Notes: generated by a model not told the origin, from the letters alone. A stretch of 64,000 bases of DNA from Bryobacterales bacterium (GCA_963422375.2 OY729428.2:288001-352000); one strand, 5' to 3'. Shown: positions 23,461-35,941, counted from the stretch's first letter. Made by a program: numbers and translations.

Positions 23461-24879
23461 CTAGTCCCAGGAACGAAACTCGCGCTCAAGGATCGCTAGA
23501 ATCTCGGTCTGGCCGTATTGCCGTGCGATGCGTCTCGCCTCGGTGACGTGCAGCGCTGCAGCCGAGTTGTTCCCCAGCGCACGCTCGGCGCGAGCGAGGA
23601 CGACTAGGAATTGCGACGTTCTCTCGTCTTTAGTGCCGGTCATGCTGCGAAAGTGGTCCAATGCTTCGAGATTGCGATTCTCTCGATGCAGTGACATGCC
23701 GAGGCGAAAGTGTGCTAGGCGGTGGCCGGGATTCACCTGCAGAACAAGACGGAATTGCTTGCGCGCGGCTTCCACCTGCCCTTGGTGCTCGAGCGCATCG
23801 CCAAGATTCAAGCGGGCATCTGCCGAATATTGATTCACCGCAAGCGCCTTTCGATAGGCAGCTTCGGCCTCGCTGTGCTTGCCAATCCCGGAGAGGACGA
23901 CGCCATAGTTGTAGTGGGCCTCCTCGGTGTTGGGATTCATCTCGAGCGTTCGTCTGTAGGTTTCCTCGGCCGTCTCGTCGCGACCCATCCGGCCGTAAAC
24001 GCTGATTAGGTTCGCCCGGGCATGAATTCGGTCGGGCTCCGCAGCCACGGCGCGCAAGTATTCTCGCAGAGACGCTTCCAGCTGTCCGGCAGCTTCGAAT
24101 CTTAGACCTCGATTCAGGTGATGCAAATACGAGCCCTCTCGCAATTCCTCGACCTGCCCCGACAGGGCGTCGGTGAACGGAGGCCGACGATCCGGTGCCA
24201 TCTCCTCAGAGATGGCCTGAAACCTCTCAGATTCGCTCTCGCGGCCGACGATGCGGAGGGCTTGGGCCAATTGATAGTACAGCGGACGGTAATCGCCATC
24301 GAGACTGGCCGCAAGTTCAAGCGCAACCACGGCCTCCTCGTGACGATCCAACGCGGCCAACGCTCTTCCCCGTCCGAAATGGATGGCCATCGCATCGGGC
24401 TGATCCTCCGCGATTCGCTCGTACATCTCAAGAGCTTCCCTAGGCCGACCTCCTTCCAGCACGGTCGTGGCCAGGCGCAGCTGCACGAAGGGCGCCTCGG
24501 CTTCGAGTTGCGCGGCGACGCGCAAGGCATCCTCGGCCTCGGATTGCTTCCCGAGGTCAGCGGCGACAAGACCGCGCAAGTAGTGCCATCTGAAGTCGTT
24601 CCAGCTTTCCGCCGAAGCTCGCCGGTAAAGCTCCATGGCAGCCTCGCGAAGCTCGTATGCATGCAGGGCCATCGCCGCTCGCCCCAAGGCTTCTCCGTCG
24701 TTGGGGCGGGCTCGGGCGGACTCAAGGCGCTCTTCAAGCAGTGTCCGGGCCGCGTCTCCGTACGCGGCAACATCGACCCTAGGGAACGGCACCTCAGAAG
24801 CTGGCTGCCCTGCGCAGCCGCCAAGGGTCAAGAGCATGATCGGCACCGAGGTGAAAGCCGGAAAGCGACCGAATCTCAA
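23461..24879 (-). CDS. Tetratricopeptide-repeat lipoprotein (start uncertain)
   Basis: Multiple TPR-like helices (EAHYNYGVVL, ARLNLGDAL, AHFRLGMSL). TTG 24879 gives a signal peptide with LGGC lipobox; the ORF is open to 25191. Confidence 0.8.
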   Translation of the reverse strand: MRFGRFPAFTSVPIMLLTLGGCAGQPASEVPFPRVDVAAYGDAARTLLEERLESARARPNDGEALGRAAMALHAYELREAAMELYRRASAESWNDFRWHYLRGLVAADLGKQSEAEDALRVAAQLEAEAPFVQLRLATTVLEGGRPREALEMYERIAEDQPDAMAIHFGRGRALAALDRHEEAVVALELAASLDGDYRPLYYQLAQALRIVGRESESERFQAISEEMAPDRRPPFTDALSGQVEELREGSYLHHLNRGLRFEAAGQLEASLREYLRAVAAEPDRIHARANLISVYGRMGRDETAEETYRRTLEMNPNTEEAHYNYGVVLSGIGKHSEAEAAYRKALAVNQYSADARLNLGDALEHQGQVEAARKQFRLVLQVNPGHRLAHFRLGMSLHRENRNLEALDHFRSMTGTKDERTSQFLVVLARAERALGNNSAAALHVTEARRIARQYGQTEILAILEREFRSWD

Positions 24880-25320
24880 ACCCGGGGGAATTCGCCCCGA
24901 GGGCTGGGAGGTTGTCGGCTGCAGAATTCGTTTCGAGCAACCGGCTACCGCCCCGTCGGCACCTTCCAAGTGTCCGTTTCGCGGTCCGAAGACACTCATT
25001 GTCGGGCTCTCCGTAACTGGGATTGCCAGAGTAGGCACTGGGGAACTGCGGTGGCGTGTCAGAGTCGATTCTCCAGCGACTGGCGGATTGCTTGCGATTT
25101 CACGGATTGGACCTCCGTTGAGATTCATGCAGCAGCCCAAGCCGAATACGGATCCAAGGCAAATAGGCCCGCTCGTCCCCATTAGCGCCATTCTTGAGAG
25201 TGTGCAAGTCTGCGACTGCGCGCTTCGATGCGATTGGCTCGGGCTGCGTCACGCAACTCTCTTCATAGCTCCAACCATGCTGCAGCACTGCACCAGAGTC
25301 CGACGTCGGTTGCCCGTGGC

Positions 25321-26613
25321 TCAGAGAACTTCGAAGTCCCATCCAAACCCCGGCTTTTCCGGGGGTTGCAGGTAGATTCCTTCCGGGCCTCGGGTGATGC
25401 TCCGCAGTTCGGCGAAGAGCTCGTAGACTTCCTCAGGCCCGCCCGGCGCCGGTATCGTAGTCTCCGCCCAAGTGAGCTGAGGCAGCGTAGCCAAGTAGTG
25501 AATGGCCTCTGGGCCCCCGCCCGCATGCGGACACAAGAGGACGTTGTGCGAGGTCGCCAGTGCGCCGATGCGGCGCAACTCGGTCATGCCACCGCACCAG
25601 TTGATGTCCGGCTGCCAGATGTCGACAGCTTGGTGGTTGAGCAGGCGTCGGAACCCGTAGCGCGTGTACTCGTGCTCCCCGGTGGCTAGGAGCGTGGACG
25701 AAATGCGCGACCGCAACCGGGCGAATCCCTCGTACTCGTCAGGAGGAAGCACCTCTTCAAGCCAGTACACCCGGTAGTCCTCGAGGGCCTCCGCGAGACG
25801 CAGGGTGTAGTCCTCGGTCAACGCCATCCAGCAGTCGATCATGATCTCACCGTCCGGGCCCAGCACGCCGCGAGCCCGTCGGACCAGCTCGGCGTTCGCC
25901 CTGAGGCCCTCGTGACCGTCCGCGGGACCGTGCGGGAGCGCGAGCTTGACCTTCTTGAAACCGAATTCCGCGCTCTGCTCGACGTCGTTGCCAGTCGCGT
26001 AGGCCGGGACCCGCTCCCAGGTGCGTCCTCCCAAGAGCTGGTATGCGGGAACGCCCAGTGCCTGGCCCTTGATGTCCCAGAGGGCTAGGTCCGCCGCGCT
26101 GATGGCATGCACCACCGCTCCGGAGCGGCCGTAGAAGAGCGTCGCCCTCCACATGACGTCCCACAAGCGCTCCGTGTCGAGAGGATTCTCTCCGAGCAGC
26201 AGCTTCTTCAAGTGCCCTTCGACGACTGGCGCTCCCCCAAATCCGCCACGGCCGTAGCCCTTGATGCCCGATTGCGTCGCGATCTCGACAGTGAAGGCAC
26301 TCAGCGGCCCGCCCGGGTCTGGCATCCACTTCGAGCCCGGCCCTCTTCGCCCCGTGTACTTGGAATAGATCTCGATAGGGCGGGCCGCCTCGCGGTTGGC
26401 CCAGTAGGAACGCGAATCCGGTGTGTACGGGGGCAACGGCCTCCGTGGCCGGGTCCTAACGATTCGCACGTCCGTGATCCGGAGGCCGTCGGTGGCCGGC
26501 GCGCTGGCCAGCCGCGACAGACGAGCGGTAGATCCGACAGCCGCGAAGCCGGCCCAGCGCAGCAAGCTCCTGCGACAGACCGGCGGGAAGCCCGAGTTCC
26601 TGTGATCAGTCAT
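25321..26613 (-). CDS. Mandelate racemase/enolase-superfamily sugar-acid dehydratase (L-rhamnonate dehydratase-like), Tat signal
   Basis: RRSLL Tat motif; AISAADLALWD, KKVKL, MIDCWM, WLEE, TGEHEYT, QPDINWCGG. Confidence 0.88.
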   Translation of the reverse strand: MTDHRNSGFPPVCRRSLLRWAGFAAVGSTARLSRLASAPATDGLRITDVRIVRTRPRRPLPPYTPDSRSYWANREAARPIEIYSKYTGRRGPGSKWMPDPGGPLSAFTVEIATQSGIKGYGRGGFGGAPVVEGHLKKLLLGENPLDTERLWDVMWRATLFYGRSGAVVHAISAADLALWDIKGQALGVPAYQLLGGRTWERVPAYATGNDVEQSAEFGFKKVKLALPHGPADGHEGLRANAELVRRARGVLGPDGEIMIDCWMALTEDYTLRLAEALEDYRVYWLEEVLPPDEYEGFARLRSRISSTLLATGEHEYTRYGFRRLLNHQAVDIWQPDINWCGGMTELRRIGALATSHNVLLCPHAGGGPEAIHYLATLPQLTWAETTIPAPGGPEEVYELFAELRSITRGPEGIYLQPPEKPGFGWDFEVL

Positions 26614-26972
26614 TGTCTCCCCACCTCGTTTCCGGTGCCGTGCCGCATGCAATCCCAGCCCTGTTTCGGTAGCCTTGCGCCGGGATACTGCGGGAACGGC
26701 GTCATGAGCTGGCCTCGCTGCACTCGCTCCTGCGCCATGATACCGGTAGGAATGATTCCAAAGGACGGGTTGGCCACGAGCGAGCGCAGCTTGTTGTCAG
26801 CGGAAATCAGATCGGGATGGAGCTGATCCACCTGCCAGTCGAGCGGCAGGTGCGTCCCCTTGCCGCCCGCGGAGCGACTTCCCACAGGAGGCTGGAGCCT
26901 AGTGACCGCTGGATCGTGAGATTCCAATGCTGGTTGTAGGGCACGGGCATGCTTGCCGGAAGCGGCGCTTGG

Positions 26973-29272
26973 CTGATCTTCGACAGTTTCAGGCAGATCG
27001 CCCAGCGAACTCCTACTCAGCTCGTCTGGATTCTGGCCAATTCCGATGTCTAGATGATGTGGTGTATCTTCCGAGTAGTCCCATATATTGCGGTAATATC
27101 CGTATGCATCCTAGACGGATCCCGACGGCCTGCGGGCCGGATCCTGTCCGCGGCGAACTTCATGTAGTGCCACGAAATGACTTCGATCGCCATCCCACGC
27201 TAGGAAGCGGCCCGTTTTCCGAGTGCGTCAGAGGAAGTCGTGATCTCGCGGTGCCATCCTGGATATAGAACTATCCGGGCCGGTTACTACCTCATGCAGT
27301 TGTCCGGCCGAGCACCGCAGGAGGTCCCGGCACCTTCGGAGGAATCGCGAATGCGAGCTTGACCGGTCGCTCTTGGTAGTGCTGCGATTGAGGGCGATGT
27401 TCCTGCGGTCCAAGAAGGTCGGCAACCACACCTACGTGCAGCTCGTCGAGAACTCCCGCGACGGCTCCAAGGTGCGCCGGAAGATCCTCGCCTCTCTCGG
27501 GCGACTCGACCGGCTCCGGGACAGCGGCGCGCTCGACCGCCTGCTCGTGTCCGGGGCGCGCCTCTCGCGCCACGCCGCGGTGCTGGCCGAGCGCGAGACG
27601 CCGGCCGAGGGCCTCCCCTGCCGCGTGACCGGCCCCGCGCTCGTCTTCGAGCGCGTGTGGCAACTCACCGGCTGCCAGGGGGCCCTGCGCGCGGCCCTGC
27701 GCGGTCGCCGCTTCCGCTTCGATGCCGAGCGCGCCGTGTTCCTCGCGGTCCTGCACCGCCTGCTCGCTCCGGGCTCCGACCGCAGCGCCATCGACTGGAA
27801 GGCCGACCAAGCCGTCGCGGGGGCCTCCGCGCTGGAACTGCAGCACCTGTACCGCGCGATGGCCTGGCTGGGCGGGCCGGTGCGAGCGTCCCGCCGCCGG
27901 GGGGCGGCGCATGCCCCGCGCTGCGTCAAGGACGAAGTGGAGGAGAGCCTGTACCTGCACCGCCGGGACCTGCTCACCGGGATGGACCTCTTTTTCTTCG
28001 ATATGACTTCGCATTACTTTCACTGATAGGGGCGGTTGGGACGTCGCGGCAAGTCGAAGAATTTTCGCCGCAATGCCCGCAACTGGTGGTGGGCTTGGTG
28101 CTGGACAGCGCGGGGCGACCGCTCTGCACCGAGATCTGGACGGCGGACGTGACCGCCTGAGCCGGCGCTTCGGCATCGCTTCGGTGTGCTTGGTGGCGGA
28201 CCGCGGCATGATCAGCCGGCGGACCATGGAGACGCTCGAGGAGCGCGGCTGGGGCTACATTCCGAGCGTGCGGCTGCGCAGCTCCGAGGAATTCCGGGAG
28301 CTCGTGCTGGACGCGCGCGAGAGCGAGGGGCGCGTGACGGTGGCGGGCGAGGAGCGGGTGAGGGTGGAACGCGCCCGCGAGCAGGAGCCGCTGGAGCTGG
28401 CGGTGCGGGAAGTGGCGGTGCGGGATGATCGGGGCCCGCCGGGCGGCGGTGCCGAGCGGCGCTACGTGGTGTGTCGCAACAAGAGACAGGCGCGTCGCGA
28501 TCGCGCGGTGCGCGAGGAGACCGTGGCGAAGCTGCGCGAGCGTCTCGGCGCCGGCGCCAAGCGCTTGGCGGGGAATCGCGGCTTCCGGCGCTATCCGGCC
28601 GAGGGCGAGGACGAGGGCGAGGGGGGCCGGGGCTTCCGCATCGACGAGGACCGCATCGCCGACGAGGAGCGCTTCGACGGGGTGTGGGCGCTGCGCGTCA
28701 AGGCCCCGCTAGGCGCCACCGAGGCGGCCTTGAAGTACAAGGAGCTGTGGCGCGTGGAGCGCTGCTTCCGCGAGTCGAAGTCGCTGCTGCGCACGCGCCC
28801 GGTGTTCCACCGCGCGGACGAGGCGATTCGGGGGCACGTGTTCCGCTCGTTCCTGGCCTTGGTGCTGAAGCAGGACCTGTAACGGCGCCTGCGGGAGGTC
28901 GGCGCGGCGGTGGAACGGGCGGACCTGATACGGGGCTTGGCGCGGTTGCAGGAGATGGTGGTCGAGGGGCAGGGCAAGCGCTTCGTGCTGCGCACGGAGG
29001 CGAGCGAGGCGGTGAAGCGGGCGCTGAGCTGCGTGGGAGCGCGCCTGCCGCCGATACTGCGCCGGGAAGAGGGCAGCGACCTGGCCGTCTGAATGGAGGC
29101 GGGGCATCCCGGCCGACTGGCACCACGGAGAGGAGGCACGGAAAGGGACCAAGCTGACCGCAAACCCCGTGCGATCGCACCCGGCGGTCACCGGCGTAGC
29201 GCTAATTTGCCCCTGCTGCAGCTCCTAAGTTGTTGAATCAACAATACTTACAATTTCAAACTGTCGAAGATC
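26973..29272 (+). mobile_element. IS1634-family element with pseudogenised transposase (about 27397-29091)
   Basis: MFLRSKKVGNHTYVQLVEN, FFDMTS, VADRGMIS, YKELWRVERCFR, RPVFH; stops at 28024 and 28880 plus frameshift. Right end AAACTGTCGAAGATC matches an inverted copy at 26973; alternative left end near 27259. Confidence 0.75.
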
Positions 29273-31869
29273 CAGCGGTTCTAAATTTGGCCGTCAAGGG
29301 GGTGCGTGAACGTTGTTTCGGAGGATGAGGTGAATCAGTTGACCGAGAGGTTGCGCTCCCGAGGCCGCCCCGCGGGAGCGTCGGACGGCGGGCAGGGCCG
29401 TGGCGCGGCCCGCGTCGCGGGTCCGCCGAGTGCCGAGCCCGCGGCCGGACGCACTCCGGCGGTAGCCGGCTGCGACAGCCGGCCGCTCGCCGGACGCTGC
29501 CGGCACGAAACTGCGCGGAGTCCAGGCCCCGGCCGCCTGGCAGCCCGGAGGCGCGCGTCCGTCGCGTACCGCCGCCAGCAGCGTCGGCCAGTCCGGGAAG
29601 CGGAACCAGCGCAGCGCGACCTGCAGCTCCCGGAACAGGGCGCGGCGCGTGACCAGCTGGCGCCGGCACTGCTGCCGCAGCGCGCAGACGCACTGCACCA
29701 CGGCGTGGAGCGCGAAGGCGAACGGGTTCGGCACGGCCGGCACGTTGGCCGGCCCTTCCTTGCCGTGCCCGAAGTTGCGCTTGCAGTTGCGGCCGTGCCG
29801 CGCCAGGCAGTTGCAGCCCTCGTTCTCGATCTTCCAGCGCGCCCGGCCGGCCCGCGCGATCCGCTCCGCGTTGTCCGCGGTTGTCCGCGGTGACCGCGAG
29901 ACCGGTGAAGAAGCTGCTGGCGCAGGTGCGCTTGCCGTCGCGCTCCACGGCGTACTCGAGCCAAGTGCCCCGCAGGGCGTCGCGGCCCTGGCGCAGGGGC
30001 ACCGCGGCCGTCCGGCGGAAACGGTGCCGCTCGGACCGCTTGCCCTTCCCGCGCCGCGGCAGCCCGCCGGTCGAGCGCACCGCGCCGCTCGCCCGCCGGC
30101 TCTCCAGCACCTCGTACAAGTGCTTGTGGGATCCGGGCTTGCATACCCGGACCTGATTACCCACAAGACTCAGCCAAGGTTAGGAGGCGGTAAGGCATGG
30201 GCGGGGTGCGCACGGAGGCGTGGAGCAGGCGGGGGACCAGCACCTCCAGATCGTAGCGGCGGTTGAAGCGGTAGCGGAACTCGGCGAGGTACCGCGGCAG
30301 GTGCTTGCCGTCGAGCGAATGGCAGGCTCCCGCCAGGGACTGCTTGACGTTCGCCAGCATCGTGTTGACCCGGACGTTGACCCGGACGAAGCGGGAATCC
30401 CCGCAGCTCCGCTGCCCGCCTCCGGTGACGGTCGGCACGTGCTCGCAGCCGGCGTCGGCCACGCCCCGGAAGCAGGCCGGGCCGTCGGAATGCACCTCCG
30501 TGCCGAGCTGCAAGTGCCGCCCGGCCCACGCTGCCAGCGTCTTCTTGCGCAAGCCCGCCACGCTGCTCAGGCGCATCCTTGCCGGCTGGCCGGCGGCGGT
30601 GACCTGCACGGCGGCGACGAAACGCCGTGCTTGCCCTGCGTCAGCAGGTGGATCGCCAGGAACCAGATGGTCAGCGGCAGGCTTGGTGGCAGCGAAGATC
30701 GTGCCGGCGACGAGGGAGCTCTGGCGGTGGCAGGCATGGCACTGCCAGAGCTTGCGGGAGCGGATGCGGCAGTGCCGCCGGGAGCCGCACTCCGGGCAGC
30801 GCAAGCCGTCCGGCCAGCGGGCCTTGAAGACGGCCTGCTCGCATGGCCCCTCGCTGCCGTAGCGCTGCAGGAACTTGCCCGGGCTGAGTCCCTGCTGGAA
30901 TTGCACGCGATTGCGTTTCATCAGCTATCCCCTTTCCTGTCAGAGGTTTCCGACCTCCTTCAGTATAGCATATCCTCGGCTGACGTTCGTTGGTAATCAG
31001 GTACCCGGATGCAGTCCATGCCGGCCGCCGCGGCGGCCTCGCAGACCGGCTGGCAGCAGTACAGGTCGTCGCCCGGCAGGACGGGGCGGCAGGACGGGGC
31101 GGCAGGCCTGCAGCCAGGCGCCGTGAGCGGCGAGCCAGCGCTTGGCGGCGTTGCGCTCGCAGTCCCGCTTGCGCTCGTCCTCGCTCATGTCGGCGCGGGT
31201 CGCGGCCGCGTCCTGCTGCGGGCGCGCGAACTCACGCATCAGCGGCAGGACGGTGGCGTGGCCGTCGGCCACCGCGGTGGCCGACGGCCATGGCGTGGAA
31301 GTGATGCGGTCGGCGCTCGCTGCCGCCACGCCGCACCGAGCACCGCGGGCAATGCACCCTGTCGGAGCGGTGGAACCGGACGCCGTCCGGAGCCGCCGGC
31401 AGGCGCTCGTCGAGGCGCTGGAAGGGCTCGAGCGCGCCCTGCGCGGCCACGGTTGCGAGGCACGACCGGAACGGCGGGTCGAACGCGGCCGGGTCGCGGT
31501 CGTCGAGCAAGTTGCGGATCCGGTTGTCGCAGGGGATGCGGCCCACGCCGAACAGGGTCCGGCAGTTGGAGCGCGAGCCGTCCCGCTCCATGCGCCGCTG
31601 GAACGCGAGGAACGACTCGCACCGGGTGAAGAAGCAGGCCGGGGCGCAACCGGCGGCGTCGCTGACCTCGTAGCGCTTGTTGCTGCGACCGTCGCGCCGG
31701 TCGGGCCGGCCGGCGGCCGTCTCGCGGAAGGCGCTCAGCAGCGAGTCCAGGACATGGGGCATGCACCCTAGCTCACAAATTCCGCTAGGAAAAGTCGAGT
31801 GCCAGACTGCCTTCGACACCTTTCTCAGACACTCTGGAAATCCCCAAATGCCCAAATTGAGAATCGCTG
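29273..31869 (-). mobile_element. ISNCY-type DDE element, transposase frameshifted and interrupted by IS1595
   Basis: IRs CAGCGGTTCTAAATTTGG / CAGCGATTCTCAATTTGG; transposase fragments ESFLAFQR, IPCDNRIRNLLD, DCERNAAKRW, GRARWKIENE, NFGHG. Confidence 0.8.
30152..31001 (-). mobile_element. IS1595-family element, lineage B copy 1 (internally deleted, 850 bp)
   Basis: 24-bp IRs CCTGATTACC...TCAGCC (19/24); TSD TACCCGGA at 30144-30151 and 31002-31009; remnant RWPDG-CPEC-CHAC...YLAEF-YRFNRR lacks the first catalytic Asp region. Confidence 0.92.
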
Positions 31870-32671
31870 GTGTGTACCAGAAGGCCGCACCGCGAATTTC
31901 ATTCGTCCCGGACTCTGTGGCGAGAGTCAGCACGCCGCCGGCTGTCCGGCCGTATTCGACAGAGAACCCGTTCGTCTGCATCCGAACCTCCTGGATGCCG
32001 TCGGCTGAGGGGACCCCCGTCGCGAACTACCGCCCCTCGGCGATGCCGTTGGAGTTGACGGAGACGCTGTCCAGAAGGATGCCGTTGGACGATTCGCGCC
32101 CGCCGTTTGCAATGAAGCGGCCTTGGACGTGGAAGGCCTCGCCGACGCCGCCGGTGGAGGAGGTTGGAATGCTCGCGTAGACGCCGGCCGTGAGCAGGGC
32201 CTGGGAGAACACATTGCGGCCATTGAGCGGCAGGTCAACGATCTGCTTGTTCTCTATGACCGTGCTGAGCGTCGACGTGCCGGTTTCCAGTTCGAGTGCG
32301 TTCGCGGTTACCGAGACCGACTCCGTGACGGCACCCAGCTCCAAGGCGATGTCCACTGACGACCTCTGCTGCATCGACAGCGGGATGGAGTCGAGCGCGT
32401 AGCTGCGAAACCCGGGTGCCTCGGCCGTCGAGCTGTGGGTTCCCGGCGGTAGTCGTGACACCAGGTAGAAGCCGCTCTCGTTGGATGCGGTTTCGAAGGC
32501 GACGTTCCGGGCGACATCGATGACGGTGATCGCCGCTTCCGGGACGGCCGCGCCCGTCCGATCCGTGACGAGGCTGGAAATCGATCCTTGCGACGTCGGA
32601 GCTGAAGCCAGCGAGGCCAGCGCCAACGCGGCGCAGGCCAGCGACGACCGCCCACTCAGCCGGGGGGCCAT
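31870..32671 (-). pseudogene. N-terminal fragment of a TonB-dependent receptor
   Basis: Signal peptide, TDRTGAAVP, LPLNGRN, EYGRTAGGV...SGTNEIRG; frameshift near 32030; cut by the ISNCY end. Confidence 0.85.
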
Positions 32672-33088
32672 CAAGCGTCGCCCGCGGTTGTCGCCGAGCC
32701 TGTCTGCCAGCCGGTCCAGATGCACGGTGCGCTGAATGATCAGCCATTCTTCGGCCTCCGCTGCCAAGCCCGGAGAGCGGCCTGGGCCTGCGGATGCGTC
32801 GGCCGGGTCACGACGCAGTGTCCGGCCGAGTAGGCCAGGACATCGCAAACCATTGGGATCGCAGGAGATCCCGGTGGACTCGATGATGGGATTGGGAGGC
32901 CCTGTCACCGTCACGTAGCGTCGACCGGACCTCGAAACAGCTGATGACCGGTTTGCGTGTGACCGTCGGCCCCGAAACCGGCCATGCCGGGCACGTGTCG
33001 CGAAATCGGATCCTTTCCGGACGCCCTTCTCCGGGCCGGGCGAGCAGGCAGGGAGCGATGCCCGGACGAAGCGCAGCAAGGAGGAATC

Positions 33089-34243
33089 ATGGCGACATTT
33101 CAGACACCGCTGGTCTCGATCACTGGGATCGAGCCGCACCCCGACGCAGACCGACTCGAGCTCGCGAAGGTACTCGGCTACACGTGCGTCATCCGCAAGG
33201 GAGCGTTCAAGACCGGCCAGCAGGTAGTGTACCTGCCTGAAGGAGGCGTCATCCCGGAGTGGCTTTGCCGGTCGCTGAACCTTTGGAGCGAGGCAGACGG
33301 CAAGGGGCGTCTCGCAGGCCCGCAAGGCCTCCGCATCAAGGCGATTCGCCTCAGGGGAACGGTAAGCCAAGGCCTGCTCTACCCGCTCGCGGACGGCCCG
33401 AGTGGCCAAGGCATTCCCTTGGCAGGCGGCGACATTCTGCCGGTGGATGGGGGCGTCGAGGCGACGGAGATCGCGGATGCCCTTGGCATTGTGAAGTACG
33501 AGCCTCCCGTGCCGGTGGCATTTGAGGGCGAAGTTGTCAACGCACACGGACACACACTGCGCTTCGACATCGAGAGCCTGCAGAGCTTTCCGGACGCGAT
33601 TCACCCCGGAGAGCCGGTCGTCATAACGGAGAAGATTCACGGCACTTGGACGGGCATAAGTTTCGATCCGGAGGTGCGCCATCCCGACCTCTACGAAGGC
33701 GGCACGCTCGTCTCGTCCAAGGGAATGAGCGCTAAGGGCCTCGCCTTCAAGACGGGCGCGAGCAACGACAGGAACATCTATGTCCGAACATGGCGGCGCT
33801 TCCTGCTGGAGCCGGGCCACTGGGACCATCTGGTCGCCGAATCTCGAACGCAAGGCAGCGCTTTCCACATCCTCGGCGAGACGTTCGGGCGAGGCGTGCA
33901 AGACCTGCAGTACGGTCTGCGGGGAACTGAGTTCCGCGTGTTCGCCGTTGGCGTAGGCGACGCTAAGGAACCAAGTGCGCGGTTCCTCTCGGCGGACAAG
34001 ATGGAGGCATGGTGTGCCCGGTACGACCTACGTACCGTGCCCGAACTCAGACGGGGGCCGTTCGGGCCGACCGAGATCCTGGCTCTCCGCGACGGCGACA
34101 CGACCTTGGAAGGCAAGCATGTCCGGGAAGGGATCGTGATCTCGCCCAACCGCGACCGCCCGCTGCTCGACCAGTTCGCGTTCCTCAAGCTGGTAAGCCC
34201 GAACTACCTCCTTCGCAAGGGCAAGGCCACCGAATTCGAGTAG
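33089..34243 (+). CDS. ATP-dependent RNA ligase, DRB0094/Rnl5-type
   Basis: N-terminal OB-like HPDADRLELA; nucleotidyltransferase motifs TEKIHGT, GETFG, FRVF, EGIVI, LKLVSPNYL; AGGAGG RBS. Confidence 0.88.
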   Translation: MATFQTPLVSITGIEPHPDADRLELAKVLGYTCVIRKGAFKTGQQVVYLPEGGVIPEWLCRSLNLWSEADGKGRLAGPQGLRIKAIRLRGTVSQGLLYPLADGPSGQGIPLAGGDILPVDGGVEATEIADALGIVKYEPPVPVAFEGEVVNAHGHTLRFDIESLQSFPDAIHPGEPVVITEKIHGTWTGISFDPEVRHPDLYEGGTLVSSKGMSAKGLAFKTGASNDRNIYVRTWRRFLLEPGHWDHLVAESRTQGSAFHILGETFGRGVQDLQYGLRGTEFRVFAVGVGDAKEPSARFLSADKMEAWCARYDLRTVPELRRGPFGPTEILALRDGDTTLEGKHVREGIVISPNRDRPLLDQFAFLKLVSPNYLLRKGKATEFE

Positions 34244-35941
34244 CGTACGACCGGGCGGCCCGATATCCCGGCTCCCGGGCTGCGGGACCGAGCGGCGGCT
34301 CGGCCCCACAGCCCCAGAGCCACGGAAGATTCGGAGGTGCCGCGAGTTTCTCGGAAGCGAGTCCGCACCAACCTGGCTCTCCAGGATCGATGACGGGACG
34401 CCCCGAAACACTTCGCCGACTCCGTTCACGAGCCATCGTTAGGGAATTATATATCTGAGTGCCGAGGGAATCAAGTCGGCAAATTATCAAGCCATAATAA
34501 GATTTCATATTTCTTCCGATTTTCCGTTGAAATTCTGTGGTGTTTCTTGGTAGAATAGCTCCAGTAGGGGATACCATAAATAAAGAAACAAGGCCCCGGA
34601 AAGTGGTTCCGTAAAGGCATCACATTGATCGAAGTGATCGCCATGTTCCCCGATGACGAATCCGCGGAAAAGTGGTTCGCCTCCGTGCGCTGGCCGGGCG
34701 GTCCCGCGTGCCCCCACTGCCGCGGCTCCAGCGTGCAGTCCGGCGCGGCCCACCCTTCGATGCCGTACCGTTGCCGCGGCTGCGGCCAGCGCTTTTCAGT
34801 GCGCACCGGCAGCGTGTCCGTGCGCATCGGCAGCGTGATGGCCGACACCAAGCTCGGCTACCGCACCTGGGCCGTCGCCCTGTTCCTGCTGACCACCGGC
34901 ATCAAGGGCGTCTCGAGCATGAAGCTGCACCGCGACCTGGGCATCAGCCGGAAGTCGGCCTGGCACCTGGCGCACCGCATCCGCGCGTGCCGGGAGCGGG
35001 ATCAGGGCCCGTTCGCCGGCCCGGTGGAGGCGGACGAGACCTACGTCGGCGGCAAGGAACGCAACCAGCACGAGAGCAAGAAGGCCCGCGCCGGGCGCGG
35101 GCCCGTCGGCAAGACCCCGGTGGCGGGCGCGCGGGACCGCGCCACGAACGCAGTGGCCGCGCGGCCGCTGCCGGGCACCGCCAAGGGCGACCTGCAGGGC
35201 TTCGTGCGCGCCCGCGTCGCGCCGGGGGCGCAGGTCCGCTCCGACGAGGCGGCGGCCTACGCCGGCATGGAGGAGTTCCCGCACGAAGCCGTCAGGCACT
35301 CCGGCGGCGAGTACGTGCGCGGGGCAGCGCATACGAACGGCATCGAATCGTTTCGGTCTCTGTTCAAGCGCGGCCTGTACGGAACCTATCACCGGATGAG
35401 CGTCCGTCATCTCGGCCACTACCTCACGGAGTTCGCGGGACGGCGCAACGACCGCGACTGCGACACGGCGGAACAACGGCGGAACGGATGCGGCGCATGG
35501 CGCGGGGCTTGGTCGGCCGGACGCTGACCGGCCGGCAGCTGACCGGCAAGGCCGCGGTCGCGGCCTGAGCGGCGCCCGCCGCGCTGAGCGCGGCAGCCCG
35601 CTGCGGGCGCGCTCTTCACGCTCGGTGCTCTTCACGCTCGGTACGAGGGGCGCACCGCAGGCCGTCGAGCGCCGGGGATCCGCTGTCTTCGGCCCTCGCA
35701 GGACCTGCAATCGGCTTGCAAGGGGTGCCCTGCCACCGCCAACCCGGTTCCACCGGGGCAGGCGAGGCGGCCTCTCTAGTCCCTTCCTCGTCCAATCCGC
35801 TGGCAGGCTCGATTCAGATACGATCCCACTCCCCACCCCTCTGTGCCCGCCGCGGCCGCACTCGCATGACCCCAGCTCGACACCCACCTCCCTGCTCACA
35901 GCAGCTCTAGGCCGACATGGCGTTGTCGGCACTCAGATATA

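Noticed and set aside
32027..33901. 624-aa minus-strand ORF as a single gene
   Set aside because: Its first part is the antisense shadow of the RNA ligase; only 32671 downward resembles a TonB receptor.
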